64,000 bases of DNA from an uncultured Chloroflexia bacterium (GTDB taxonomy: Bacteria; Chloroflexota; Limnocylindria; Limnocylindrales; CSP1-4). The stretch lies in the NCBI GenBank assembly GCA_963833225.1, contig CAWHXD010000014.1, positions 32,001 through 96,000 on the forward strand, given 5' to 3'. The stretch's first letter is position 1, and each line of letters opens with the position of its first letter. The notes beneath the pieces are model-generated. The model ran no database searches and was not told the origin of the DNA. It was given only the letters and a program-made list of their open reading frames with translations. The position numbers were made by a program, and so were the translations under genes. Below, in pieces: positions 27,788-37,915 of the stretch.

Positions 27788-28547
27788 GTGTCCAGAGTCC
27801 AGTCCATCGAGCGAGCGTTCACCATCCTCACCGCGCTGGGTGGCGGTCCGCTCGGCGTGACCGAGGTCGCGGAGCGCGTGGACCTCCCCAAGAGCACCGT
27901 CGCCCGGCTGCTCGCGGCGCTTGCCACAGAGGGGGCGGTGGAGCAGGCCGCTGGCGGCACGCGACTACCGGATCGGCCAGCGGCTGGTGGGCCTGGCCTC
28001 GGGCGTCGTCCCCACCCGGAGCCTGGTCGCGGTCGCGCGCCCGCACCTGGTGGAGCTGGCGGCCACGACCGGGGAGACGGCCGGCCTCTCGATCCCGGAC
28101 GGGTTCCTCGTCCACTACATCGACCAGGAAGCCACGTCGCACGCCGTGGGGGTCCGCGACTGGACGGGGACGCGGCTGCCGATGCATGCCGTCTCGTCGG
28201 GGCTCGTGTTCCTCGCCGGCCTCGCGCCGTCCGAGGTCGACCGGTTCCTCGCGACCCCGCTGGAGCGGTTCGTTCCGGGAACGGTGACCGACCCACAGCA
28301 GATCCGCGAGCGGCTCCGGCGCGCCCAGGTGGACGGCGTCGCGTGGACGCATGACGAGGTTGCCGAGGGGATCAGCTCGGTGGCGGCCGCCGTCGCCGAC
28401 GCGTCCGGCGAGGTCGTGGCTGCGCTCCACGTGCACGGGCCGTCCTACCGGTTCCCGGGTCCCGGTGGGGGCGACCAGGTTCGGGTCGAGGAGGCGCTGG
28501 TCGACGCGGCGGCCCGCGTCTCGCTCAGCCTGCGCCGGGCGGGCTGA
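27788..28547 (+). CDS. IclR-family transcriptional regulator (frameshift near 27960)
   Basis: VQSIERAF and LPKSTVARLL HTH in one frame; GETAGL, GTRLPMHA and SSVAAAV effector domain in the next. Confidence 0.85.
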
Positions 28548-28553
28548 GCGCGC

Positions 28554-28634
28554 CCCGCCCGGCTCCGCGGCGGGCATCCCGGCGGAGCTCGCGCGTCGCA
28601 GTTCGCGGCGTCCCGCCCGGCTCCGTGGCGGGCA
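28554..28634. repeat. Two direct copies of a small GC hairpin
   Basis: cccgcccggctccg(c/t)ggcgggca repeated about 57 bp apart just after the iclR stop. Confidence 0.6.
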
Positions 28635-28646
28635 GGCCCTTCGACA

Positions 28647-28787
28647 TTGCCCCGGTTATCACCCCCGGCCGCTATACGCGCGGATCTTGGCCCGATTCCG
28701 CACCGCGTACCGGTCCCTGCTGATCCATGTGGCGCCCAGGTCGCGATTCGCCGTTGCTGGAGCGTTCAGGGCTGATATCTGGGGCAA
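28647..28787. repeat. 141-nt long-hairpin element, copy 2
   Basis: Termini TTGCCCCGGTTATC...GATATCTGGGGCAA; same length and internal anchors as 8499-8639. Confidence 0.7.
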
Positions 28788-28791
28788 GGGC

Positions 28792-28875
28792 GGCGAACCG
28801 GCGGCGAACCGTGGCCGGCGAACCGGCGGCGAACCGTGGCCGGCGAACCGTCGCGGGCGAACCGGCGGCGATCCG
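28792..28875. repeat. Tandem GGCGAACCG-based repeat
   Basis: About 7 copies of ggcgaaccg with short variable linkers. Confidence 0.85.
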
Positions 28876-29002
28876 AGGCCCGCGAGCCGAGCTGGCATCG
28901 CAGCCCGAGACCGCGGGCACCGCGACCCGAGGCCGCGCGGGGCACGAAGACGCCGGCGACCGCCCGGGGAAGGCGATCGCCGGCGTGGACGCGGGGAGAA
29001 GG

Positions 29003-30403
29003 CTAGTTGAGTGGGTCGCCGTCGCCCGCCTGGAACAGCCCAACGGCCCCATGACCCACGAAGTTGAAGGCGTGGGTGACGAAGGCGTAGATGCCGTCCT
29101 CGGCCGCGGTGAACTCGATGATCGCGGCCTGCGCCGGGGACAGGTCCACGGCCTGCGAACCCCAGTTGCCGCTGTTGCCGCGCTTGACCCCATCGCCCTC
29201 CTTGATCACGTTGTCGAAGATCGTGCCGACCACGTGGAACGAGCTGTCGATGTTGGGTCCGACGTTGAGGACGAACAGGCGGACGCGCTTCCCGGGCTCG
29301 ATGGCGACGGGGTTGTCCTTGTACTGGTTGGCGACGCCGTTGAAGACCACGAAGTCGGGTGCGGGCGCGGTCTGGTTCGCCTTCGTGTAGTCGACGGGCT
29401 CGCCCTGCTTGCCGAGGTACCACTCGCTCTGGACGAGCGTGAACTCCTGGTCGACCTTGGGCAGGCCCTCCTTCGGCTCCACGATCACCATCCCGAACAT
29501 GCCGTTGGCGATGTGATGCAGCGTCGGGGCAGTGCCGCAGTGGTACATCCAGACGCCCGCGTAGTTGGCCTTGTAGGTGTAGGTGAACGTCTCGCCCGGC
29601 TTGATCTCCACCATCTGGTGGTTCATCGCGGTCTCGGAGGCGTGGAAGTCGATCGAATGGCTCATCGTCCCCTGGTTCGTCAGGTGGATGTTGACCGTGT
29701 CGCCCACCTTGACCCGGACCGTCGGCCCGGGGACGGTCCCGCCAAAGGTCCACACGTGGACCACGAAGCCGTCGGCGACCGTCATGTCCTTCTCGATGAT
29801 CGGGAAGTCGATGTCATGGACGGTGCCCTGGGCCAGCGCCGGCGCCCGGGGGTCGTGGAGGATGTAGGGGGGCGCGCTGGGATCCGCCACCGGGGCGGAC
29901 GCGAGCGCTGCCGAGGGACCCTCGGACATGCCGGGCATCGCCGCGGCCTGGCCCTCGACGGACACCTGGCCAGTCATGCCGGCCTGGGCGTGGCCCGGGA
30001 TGGAGCACAGGAAGGACAGGCCGCCGGCCGGGATCGCGACGTCCGCCGTCGTTGTCTGGCCGGCCTCGGCAACAAGCTTGGTGCCATCGGCGAAGGTCAG
30101 GTCGTGGGTCGTGGATCCCGTGTTGGCGAAGGTGACCGTGTACATGCCCGCCGCCGGGACGGTCACGGCCGACGGCTTGAACCCGAGGTCGAAGGCCTCG
30201 ATGCGCAGCGCGCCGCCAGCCGCGGCGGCCACCGCCGGGGCCGAGGTGGCGTTCGGCTGGTCAACCCCCGCCGCGGGGGACGCACCCCCGGCGACGGGCG
30301 GCCCGAACGACCAGCCCGGGGCCGTTGCCGACCCGCAGGCGGAGGCGGAGATGGTGAAGGCCATCAGCACGGTGGCGGCCACGAGACGCCGGGGACGAGG
30401 CAT
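29003..30403 (-). CDS. nirK: Copper-containing nitrite reductase with N-terminal cupredoxin domain, predicted lipoprotein
   Basis: HSIDFH, YHCGT..HIANGMFG, SSFHVVG and FVTHAF motifs; extra type-1 Cu site HDL...CSIPGHAQAGM; lipobox SASAC. Confidence 0.85.
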   Translation of the reverse strand: MPRPRRLVAATVLMAFTISASACGSATAPGWSFGPPVAGGASPAAGVDQPNATSAPAVAAAAGGALRIEAFDLGFKPSAVTVPAAGMYTVTFANTGSTTHDLTFADGTKLVAEAGQTTTADVAIPAGGLSFLCSIPGHAQAGMTGQVSVEGQAAAMPGMSEGPSAALASAPVADPSAPPYILHDPRAPALAQGTVHDIDFPIIEKDMTVADGFVVHVWTFGGTVPGPTVRVKVGDTVNIHLTNQGTMSHSIDFHASETAMNHQMVEIKPGETFTYTYKANYAGVWMYHCGTAPTLHHIANGMFGMVIVEPKEGLPKVDQEFTLVQSEWYLGKQGEPVDYTKANQTAPAPDFVVFNGVANQYKDNPVAIEPGKRVRLFVLNVGPNIDSSFHVVGTIFDNVIKEGDGVKRGNSGNWGSQAVDLSPAQAAIIEFTAAEDGIYAFVTHAFNFVGHGAVGLFQAGDGDPLN

Positions 30404-30495
30404 GATCGGTTCCCTTCCGTTGGCCCGGCTCGTTTCCCCGTCCGGGTCCCTGTCCGGTGGTCCGGCATCCCGCTGGCCGTCCCCTACCGGAGTAC

Positions 30496-30520
30496 AAGGT
30501 AACTATCACCAACTTACTAT
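30496..30520. promoter_or_regulatory. Probable Rrf2 operator in divergent promoters
   Basis: AT-rich imperfect palindrome AAGGTAACTATCACCAACTT with TAnnnT hexamers on both strands. Confidence 0.5.
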
Positions 30521-30526
30521 GTATTT

Positions 30527-31951
30527 GTGAAGATGACCAGTGACCCCAATGCCGGGGGCCGGGAGGCCCCCTCTGGCGGTGACGCCGCCACCGACGCCGC
30601 CGGCACCCGGCTGACGGGGATCCCACCCAGGGAGCCACCAACCCGGGCGCCGCTTGCGGTGCCCCTCGCGCCCACGGCGCCCCGACCGGCGGCCGGGGCG
30701 CTCCATGCCCCGGGGCCGCGGCGTGCGGACGACCGGCGGATCGCGATGCTCGCCATCGCCGCTTCGGCGGGCTTCCTGGTCGCGTCGGCCCTGTCCGCGC
30801 TCGCTGCGGCCACGGGCGCCGCCGTGCTGTCGCCGTGGCTGCCGCTGCACCTGGCCCTCGCCGGCAGCGCATCGACGGCGATCGCGGGTGTGATGCCGTT
30901 CTTCGTGGCCGCGCTCGCCGCGGGTGCGCCAGCGGGAGCGCGCCTGCGCGGGGCGGCAGTGGTGCTGGTGGGGGCGGGCGCGGCGCTGGTGGCGGTCCGC
31001 GGGATCGACCCGTCCATCGGCTGGGCGCCGGTCGTGGGCGGCTCAGCCTACCTTCTCGGGATCGGGGCGCTGGCGGTTGCCGTCCGCGAGTCCGGACGAG
31101 CCGGCCTGATGATGCGCCGGCCCGTGGTCTCGCTCGGCTACACGCTGGCCCTCGTCAACGTGGCGATCGGCGGGTCGCTTGCGACGCTGATGGTTGCGGG
31201 CTGGGGACCGGTGCTGGAGGCCTGGTCGCGGCTCCGACCGGCCCACGCCTGGACCAACGTGCTCGGATTCGTCTCGCTGGTGATCCTCGCGACGCTGCTC
31301 CATCTCCTGCCGACCGTGCTGGGCGGGCGGATCGTCCCGCGGAGGAGCGCCGCGCTCGTGGTGCTGGGACCCGCGATGGGCTCGCCGCTGGTGGTGGTCG
31401 GGATGATCGCTGGCTCGGGACCCGTTGCCGGGGCCGGGGCTGTGCTGGCGCTGGTCGGGGCCGGCGCGATGGTGATCGAGACGGCGAGGATCGTCCGCGA
31501 CCGTGGCCACTGGACCTCCGACCCCGGCTGGCACCGGTTCGCCTCGGCCGGGATGCTCGCCGCGGTCGCGTGGTACCTCGCCGGGGTCGCCATGGCGTCC
31601 TGGCTGGTGATCGCCGAGGGACCGCGCGCAGACGCCTGGTCCACGCCGCTGGTCGGCGCGCCGCTCGTGGCAGGCTGGATCGCCCAGGTGCTGCTCGCGT
31701 CGTGGACGCACCTGCTGCCATCGATCGGGCCCGGGGGACCGGTCGCGCACGCGCGCCAGCGCGTGGTCCTGGGGCGGCTGGCGACCGTGCGGCTTCTCGC
31801 CTTCAATGGCGGCGTCGTCCTGCTCTGGTGGGGCCCGGCGTCGGCATCGCCAGCGATGGTGGTCGTGGGCGGCGTCCTGACCGGCGCGGCGATCGTCGTC
31901 ACGGTGGCGCTGATCGCCGAGGCGGTTCGCGTGGGACGCGCAGCGAGCTGA
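30527..31951 (+). CDS. Polytopic membrane protein with intramembrane His residues (nirK-associated, NnrS-like)
   Basis: About 12 hydrophobic segments; WLPLHLALAG, PAHAWTNVLG and WTHLLP motifs. Confidence 0.65.
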   Translation: MKMTSDPNAGGREAPSGGDAATDAAGTRLTGIPPREPPTRAPLAVPLAPTAPRPAAGALHAPGPRRADDRRIAMLAIAASAGFLVASALSALAAATGAAVLSPWLPLHLALAGSASTAIAGVMPFFVAALAAGAPAGARLRGAAVVLVGAGAALVAVRGIDPSIGWAPVVGGSAYLLGIGALAVAVRESGRAGLMMRRPVVSLGYTLALVNVAIGGSLATLMVAGWGPVLEAWSRLRPAHAWTNVLGFVSLVILATLLHLLPTVLGGRIVPRRSAALVVLGPAMGSPLVVVGMIAGSGPVAGAGAVLALVGAGAMVIETARIVRDRGHWTSDPGWHRFASAGMLAAVAWYLAGVAMASWLVIAEGPRADAWSTPLVGAPLVAGWIAQVLLASWTHLLPSIGPGGPVAHARQRVVLGRLATVRLLAFNGGVVLLWWGPASASPAMVVVGGVLTGAAIVVTVALIAEAVRVGRAAS

Positions 31952-31963
31952 CCGGCTCGGCGG

Positions 31964-32407
31964 TCAGGCCTCCGGGTGCGTTCGGAGCGCGTCGCCGGTG
32001 GCGGGTGCGGCGAGGTCAGCGAGCATCGAGCGGGCGAAGTGGCCTCGGAGCGCCTCCTGGCCCTCGAGGAACACGTCGTGGACGTCGCACGTCCCGTCCA
32101 GGCCGCAGGGGCCACCCCGGAGCACGCACGACTGCCGCCGGTTGTCGCCTTCAACCGCCTCGATGACCTCGAGCAGGCTGATCGACGCCGGGTCACGTGA
32201 CAGCCGGTAGCCGCCCGCCCGCCCTGGGGCAGCCTCCACCAGCCCGCCGCGCTGGAGATCGGCGAGCACCTGGGGCAGGAAACGGACCGGGATACTCATC
32301 GCGTCGGAGATCCGGCGCGCGGAGAGCAACCCGTTCCCGGACCCGCGTGCCAGGGCGAGCATCGCGCGCACCGCGTAGTCGCCACGCTTGGTCAGTTCGA
32401 GACGCAT
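31964..32407 (-). CDS. Rrf2-family Fe-S regulator (NsrR/IscR-like)
   Basis: DYAVRAM, GRAGGYRL, IEAVEG and C-X6-C-X5-C-X2-H motifs. Confidence 0.9.
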   Translation of the reverse strand: MRLELTKRGDYAVRAMLALARGSGNGLLSARRISDAMSIPVRFLPQVLADLQRGGLVEAAPGRAGGYRLSRDPASISLLEVIEAVEGDNRRQSCVLRGGPCGLDGTCDVHDVFLEGQEALRGHFARSMLADLAAPATGDALRTHPEA

Positions 32408-32547
32408 CGACCCGAGTATGCGTCCCAGCGCGAGAAGGTGCCGGCAAGGTGCCTGCCGGGGCGCCGGACGACGCGAGCCGGCTCCCGGCCGCAAGATGTC
32501 ACCGTCACGGCCCGACCCCGGACGTGATCGCCAGTCATGGGAAGGCC

Positions 32548-33057
32548 GTGTCCGCTCGAGTCCTCGTCGCCTACGCGACCAAGCTTGGTTCCACCGGTGA
32601 GATCGCCGAAGCGATCGCGCAGGGGCTGCGTGACGGTGGTCATCGCGCGCTGGCCATGCCCGCGCGCGAGGTCACCAGCCTCGACGAGTGGGACGCGGTG
32701 ATCCTGGGCAGCGCCCTGTACGCCGCGTTCTGGCGCAAGGAGGCCCGCCTGTTCATCGAGCGGTTCCACGATGGTCTCGCGGCGCGCCCGCTGTGGCTGT
32801 TCAGCGGCGGGCCGCTCGATCGCCGCCTGGCGAGGGCGGACCAGCCCATCACCCCGCACGGCGCGGAGATCACCGCGGGGCTTGGCGCGCGAGCCCACCG
32901 GACGTTCGGCGGCCGGTTGTCGGCAGACGCGGATGTCGATCCCCAGGTCCACCAGACCCACCGCCTCGGCGACTTCCGCGACTGGCAGTCCATCGTCGAG
33001 TACGCGTACCGGATCGGCCGCGAGCTCGACCGCATGACGTTCCCGCCCCGAGCCTAG
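32548..33057 (+). CDS. Flavodoxin-domain protein (HemG-like)
   Basis: VAYATKLGSTGEIA, DAVILGSALY, WLFSGG and DFRDW motifs. Confidence 0.8.
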   Translation: MSARVLVAYATKLGSTGEIAEAIAQGLRDGGHRALAMPAREVTSLDEWDAVILGSALYAAFWRKEARLFIERFHDGLAARPLWLFSGGPLDRRLARADQPITPHGAEITAGLGARAHRTFGGRLSADADVDPQVHQTHRLGDFRDWQSIVEYAYRIGRELDRMTFPPRA

Positions 33058-33098
33058 CCGGAACCGGTCCGCGGACCGTCACCCGGTAGACTTCGACG

Positions 33099-34109
33099 AT
33101 GCCCCGCTTCAACTACGGCGGTCAGGCGCTCATCGAAGGCGTCATGATGCGCGGTCGCGACGCCATCGCGGTCGCCCTGCGCCACCCCGACGGCCGGATC
33201 GTGTACGAGCACGAGCGCCTTGACGCCGGCACGGTCCACGGCAACCGAGCCGCGAAATGGCCGTTCGTCCGGGGCCTGGTGGTCCTGTACGAGACCCTTG
33301 TCGTGGGCACCCGCTGGCTGATCCGCTCCGCCGGCCTCCAGGCCGAGGAGGAGGGCGTCGAGATCGGCAAGGGGTCGGTCGCCCTGATGCTCGGGATCAC
33401 CGCGATCCTGGGCATCGGCCTGTTCTTCCTGCTGCCGCTCCTGATCGCGACGTTCACGGCGCAGAACATCGAGAACGACCTCGCGCAGCACCTCATCGAG
33501 GGGCTGGTGCGGGTGGTCATCTTCCTCGGCTACCTCGCCGTGATCAGCCGGACGCCGGACATCAGCCGCGTCTTCCAGTACCACGGCGCCGAGCACATGA
33601 CCATCCACACGTTCGAGGCCGGCCAGCCGCTCCGCCCGGAGTACGTCCGGCGGCACCCCACCGCGCACCCGCGGTGCGGCACGGAGTTCCTGGTGGTGGT
33701 GATCCTGCTGTCGATCGTGGCGTTCAGCCTGGTCGGCAAGCAGAACCCGCTGATCATGGTCGGCTCGCGGATCCTGCTGATCCCGGTGATCGCGGCCATC
33801 GGCTACGAGCTGCTCCGGCTCGGCGCCCGGCATCGCTCCAACCCGATCATCCGGGTGATCATGTGGCCCGGGATCCTGGTCCAGATGATCACCACCAAGC
33901 AGCCGACCGACGACATGATCGAGGTCGCGATCGTCTCGCTCGAGGAGGCGATCGTGGCCGACGGGGACCCGATCCCCGAGGGTGGCCTCCACCTCGCGCG
34001 GGAGCCCATGCCGCAGCCCGGCGCGACCGCCGCCGGCGTCCGCGCGGCGCAGGAGGCCGCCGAGGGCGAGGCCGCGGCGCCGGTCTCGATCGACCCTCCG
34101 ATGGCCTGA
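33099..34109 (+). CDS. DUF1385 membrane protein
   Basis: YGGQALIEGVMMRG, YHGAEH and HPRCGT motifs; usual neighbour of prfA/prmC. Confidence 0.88.
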   Translation: MPRFNYGGQALIEGVMMRGRDAIAVALRHPDGRIVYEHERLDAGTVHGNRAAKWPFVRGLVVLYETLVVGTRWLIRSAGLQAEEEGVEIGKGSVALMLGITAILGIGLFFLLPLLIATFTAQNIENDLAQHLIEGLVRVVIFLGYLAVISRTPDISRVFQYHGAEHMTIHTFEAGQPLRPEYVRRHPTAHPRCGTEFLVVVILLSIVAFSLVGKQNPLIMVGSRILLIPVIAAIGYELLRLGARHRSNPIIRVIMWPGILVQMITTKQPTDDMIEVAIVSLEEAIVADGDPIPEGGLHLAREPMPQPGATAAGVRAAQEAAEGEAAAPVSIDPPMA

Positions 34110-34121
34110 GGCCGGATCCGC

Positions 34122-35249
34122 ATGGCCGATACCGGGAACCTCGAGGCGAAGCTGGCCGCGCTTGCCCTCCAGTACGACGCGGTGCTCGAGGAGCTCGCCC
34201 GCCCCGAGACCTCCACCGATCCCGCCGCGATGAAGCGCCTCGGCCGCGAGCTCGCGCGCCTGGAGCCGGTCGTGGCCGCGTACCGGGAGCTGGGCGACGT
34301 GCGGGAGCAGCTCCACGGCGCCCTCGAGCTCCTCCACGCCGAGACGGACGAGGACATGAAGGCCATGGCCCGCGACGAGGTGGCCGCCCTGGAGGCTCGC
34401 GAGGAGCAGCTCGTCGAGGACCTCAAGGTCTCGCTCATCCCGCGGGATCCGAACGATGACCGCAACGTCATCGTCGAGATCCGGGCAGGCGCCGGTGGCG
34501 AGGAGGCGGCGCTGTTCGCGGCGGAGCTGCTGCGGATGTACTCGCGCTACGCCGCGGAGCACCGCTACCGGACCGACCTGATGAGCCTCAACGAGACGGG
34601 GATCGGCGGGATCAAGGAGGCGATCCTCGAGATCGCCGGCGACGGGGCCTATAGCCGGTTCAAGTTCGAGGGCGGCGTCCACCGCGTCCAGCGCGTGCCG
34701 TCCACGGAGAGCAGCGGCCGGATCCACACCTCCACCGCCACCGTGATCGTGATGCCCGAGGCCGACGAGCTCGAGGTCGAGATCGACGAGGAGCGGGACC
34801 TCCGGATCGAGGTCAAGCGCAGCTCCGGGCCCGGCGGCCAGTCGGTCAACACCACCGATTCGGCGGTGCGCATCACCCACCTCCCGTCCGGCCTCGTGGT
34901 CGAGATCCAGGACGAGAAGAGCCAGCACAAGAACAAGGCCAAGGCGATGTCCGTGCTGCGCTCCCGCCTGTATGACCTGGAGCTCGCGAAGCAGCGCGAG
35001 CGGGACAGCGCGACCCGGCGGACGATGGTCCAGGCGGGGGACCGGTCGGAGAAGATCCGGACCTACAACTTCCCCGACAACCGGGTGACCGACCACCGGA
35101 TCGGGACGACGATCCACAACGTGCCCGGCGTGCTCGAGGGCCAGCTGGACCCGCTCATCGATGCCCTCGTGATGGCGGACCAGGCCGATCGCCTCAGTGA
35201 TCTCGCCGAGTCAGGGCCTGTCGATACCGACGACGGCGTCGCCGACTGA
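34122..35249 (+). CDS. prfA: Peptide chain release factor 1
   Basis: [16 protein letters not shown] (PxT), GGQ and RTYNFP motifs. Confidence 0.97.
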   Translation: MADTGNLEAKLAALALQYDAVLEELARPETSTDPAAMKRLGRELARLEPVVAAYRELGDVREQLHGALELLHAETDEDMKAMARDEVAALEAREEQLVEDLKVSLIPRDPNDDRNVIVEIRAGAGGEEAALFAAELLRMYSRYAAEHRYRTDLMSLNETGIGGIKEAILEIAGDGAYSRFKFEGGVHRVQRVPSTESSGRIHTSTATVIVMPEADELEVEIDEERDLRIEVKRSSGPGGQSVNTTDSAVRITHLPSGLVVEIQDEKSQHKNKAKAMSVLRSRLYDLELAKQRERDSATRRTMVQAGDRSEKIRTYNFPDNRVTDHRIGTTIHNVPGVLEGQLDPLIDALVMADQADRLSDLAESGPVDTDDGVAD

Positions 35250-35270
35250 CCGGGTCCGGACCCAGAGCCG

Positions 35271-36260
35271 ATGTCCGACAGCGACGCCTCCACCCCTGGC
35301 GCACGCCCGGCTCCCACCGTCGCCGGGCTGGTCGCCCGCGCCACCGAGCGTCTTGCCGATGCCGGATCCGGGTCTCCGCGTCTCGACGCGGAGCTGCTCA
35401 TGGGCTTCGCGCTGGGCGTCGACCGGGTCGCGGTCATCGCCCATGGCGACGCCCCGGTCGGCACCGGGGTCGTGGCGGGCTTCGAGGCGGCCATCACGCG
35501 CCGTGAGCGAGGGGAGCCGGTGGCGTACATCCGCGGCTTCCGGGAGTTCCACGGCGTGGCGATCGCGACCGACGCCCGAGCGCTCATCCCACGACCCGAG
35601 ACCGAGCTGCTGGTGGACGCCGCGATCGAGACGGTGGTGATCCGGCTCACGAGCCTGGCGCGGTCCGCCGGGGCGCCGCCGGTTCCCGTCGCGGATGTCG
35701 GGACCGGGTCGGGGGCGATCGCGGTGGCGCTGATCGTGGCCATGCGGAAGCGGCGGATGGACGCGCACGTCACGGTCCTTGCGACCGACGTCTCGCCGGA
35801 GGCGCTCGACCTCGCCCGGGAGAACGCGGTGGGCCACGGCGTGGCCGACCGGATGCGGTTCCGCGAGAGCGACCTGCTCCCGACCGGTGACGGCCCGTTC
35901 ACGGTGATCTGCGCCAATCTCCCGTACGTGGCGACGGGCGCCCTGGCCGGCCTCGCCCGAGATCTCTCCTTCGAGCCCGTGTCGGCGCTTGACGGTGGCC
36001 CCGACGGGCTGGACGTGATCCGGCGGCTGCTGGACCTCCTGCCTGACGCGCTGGCGGCTGATGGCGTCGCGCTGCTCGAGATCGGTGCGGACCAGGGCGA
36101 GGCGATCGCCGCCGCCGTGGCGGAACGGCTACCCGGCTGGCGGTGCACCGTCGGGGTGGACCTCGCCGGGCTGCCGCGACTGGCACGGGTGGAACCGCCC
36201 GCGCCTCCGTCCGCACCCGGGGCGGCTCCCGGAAGCGTTCCCGGGGCCGGTGTCGCATGA
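35271..36260 (+). CDS. prmC: Release factor glutamine methyltransferase
   Basis: GEPVAYI, LIPRPETE, DVGTGSG and NLPY motifs. Confidence 0.95.
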   Translation: MSDSDASTPGARPAPTVAGLVARATERLADAGSGSPRLDAELLMGFALGVDRVAVIAHGDAPVGTGVVAGFEAAITRRERGEPVAYIRGFREFHGVAIATDARALIPRPETELLVDAAIETVVIRLTSLARSAGAPPVPVADVGTGSGAIAVALIVAMRKRRMDAHVTVLATDVSPEALDLARENAVGHGVADRMRFRESDLLPTGDGPFTVICANLPYVATGALAGLARDLSFEPVSALDGGPDGLDVIRRLLDLLPDALAADGVALLEIGADQGEAIAAAVAERLPGWRCTVGVDLAGLPRLARVEPPAPPSAPGAAPGSVPGAGVA

Positions 36261-37252
36261 GGGATCATCGGCCGGCCGTCCGACCCGAGCCCGCCTTCCC
36301 GATCCGCATGCTGGCCCTCGACATCGACGGCACGCTCGTCGGTCCCGACATGGCCCTGTCCGGGCGGCTCGTGTCGGCCATCACCGAGGCGGTCCGGCAG
36401 GGGGTGAAGGTCTCGCTCGCGACCGGTCGCATGCCCTCCTCGGCCGTCGTGTTCGCCAACCGGCTGGGCCTCCAGGAGCCGATCATCGGCCACCAGGGCG
36501 CGATCGTCCGGGCGATGCCCGGTCCCGCATTTCGCACGGCCACCAGCGGGGAGCCGTTCCGTGGCCGGATCGGACGGATCCTGTCCCACCAGCCGTTGGC
36601 CGCCGATGTCACGGTGGACGCCGTCAGATGGTGCTACGCGAACGGCCTCCATCCGCACATCAACGCGGTCGAGCGGATGATCGTCGCGGAGGACGACCCC
36701 AACTTCGCGGACTACTCGGCCTACCTCGGGCGGGCCGCGCAGACGGTGCGGGACCTCACGACCGGCATCAGCGCCCGCGCGTCGAAGGTGATCGCCGTCG
36801 GGGAGCCCGGCCTCGCGATGGCGCTGATCGAGGACGCGCGCCGGGTCTTCGCCGGTCGGGCGAGCCCCACCGTCTCGCACCCGCGCTTCCTCGAGTTCGT
36901 CGCCCCGGGCGTGTCCAAGGGCCGCGCCGTGGCCTGGCTGGCCCATCGAGCCGGGATCCCGATGGGCCAGGTCCTTGCCATGGGCGATGCGCTCAACGAC
37001 TTCGAGATGATCTCCGACGCGGGTCACGGGGCCGGGGTGGCCTCGGGTCCGGCCGAGGTGCAGCTGGCGGGCCGGTACATCGCGCCGGCCGTCGAGCAGG
37101 ACGGGGCCGCGGCGCTCATCGAGGCCCTGGTCCTGGTCCCGCCAGCGGAGGCGCGGCGCAATGCCGAGCGGCTGGCGGCGGAGGCACGCGTCCGGCAGGC
37201 CGGCCTGCGCTCCACCCTGGCCGGCGGCGGCGCATCAGGTCCGGAGGCATGA
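36257..37252 (+). CDS. Cof-type HAD-IIB hydrolase
   Basis: DIDGTL, ATGR, SKG and GDALND motifs. Confidence 0.88.
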   Translation: MRDHRPAVRPEPAFPIRMLALDIDGTLVGPDMALSGRLVSAITEAVRQGVKVSLATGRMPSSAVVFANRLGLQEPIIGHQGAIVRAMPGPAFRTATSGEPFRGRIGRILSHQPLAADVTVDAVRWCYANGLHPHINAVERMIVAEDDPNFADYSAYLGRAAQTVRDLTTGISARASKVIAVGEPGLAMALIEDARRVFAGRASPTVSHPRFLEFVAPGVSKGRAVAWLAHRAGIPMGQVLAMGDALNDFEMISDAGHGAGVASGPAEVQLAGRYIAPAVEQDGAAALIEALVLVPPAEARRNAERLAAEARVRQAGLRSTLAGGGASGPEA

Positions 37253-37914
37253 GCGCGCCCGGCGGACCGCCGCCGATCCTCGCCGATGGTGCGGCCGCCC
37301 GGGAGCTCGCCACCGAGCACCTGCGCGCGGGCCGGATCGTCGCCATCCCCACCGACACCGTGTACGGGATTGCGGCCTGGCTCGACCTGCCGGACGCCAT
37401 CGAGCGCCTGTTTGCCGCTAAGCGCCGCCCACCGGAGAAGGCGGTTGCCGTGCTGCTGGCGGACGTCGAGCAGGCATGGACCCTCGGCGAGCGGACGCCC
37501 GCGGCGGCGGCGCTCGGCGAGCGCTTCTGGCCGGGCGGCCTGACGCTGGTCCTGCGCGTCCGTGACGGCGTCCGCCTGCCGCGCGTGCTTGCGGGCGGGT
37601 CTCCGACCATCGGGGTCCGGGTGCCTGACCACGACCTGCCGCGCGCGCTCGCGCGTGCCCTGGGGCCGCTGCCCACCACGTCGGCGAACGTGTCCGGCGA
37701 GCCCGATGCGAGGGATGCCGCGGAGATCGCCGAGCGTCTGGGGACGGCCGCCGCCCTCGTCATCGACGGCGGCCCCATTCACGGCGGCCCCGCGTCGACG
37801 GTTGTCGATTGCGCCGGTCCGCTGGCGGTCGTGCGGCGCGTGGGCGCGATCCCGGCGGCGGCGATCGCCGCGGTCCTCGACGGGGCCGGGATCCCCCACG
37901 CCGTGGAGGGCTGA
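37249..37914 (+). CDS. tsaC: L-threonylcarbamoyladenylate synthase (Sua5/YrdC)
   Basis: PTDTVYG, KRRP, FWPGGLT and TSANVSG motifs. Confidence 0.92.
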   Translation: MSAPGGPPPILADGAAARELATEHLRAGRIVAIPTDTVYGIAAWLDLPDAIERLFAAKRRPPEKAVAVLLADVEQAWTLGERTPAAAALGERFWPGGLTLVLRVRDGVRLPRVLAGGSPTIGVRVPDHDLPRALARALGPLPTTSANVSGEPDARDAAEIAERLGTAAALVIDGGPIHGGPASTVVDCAGPLAVVRRVGAIPAAAIAAVLDGAGIPHAVEG

Positions 37915-37915
37915 C

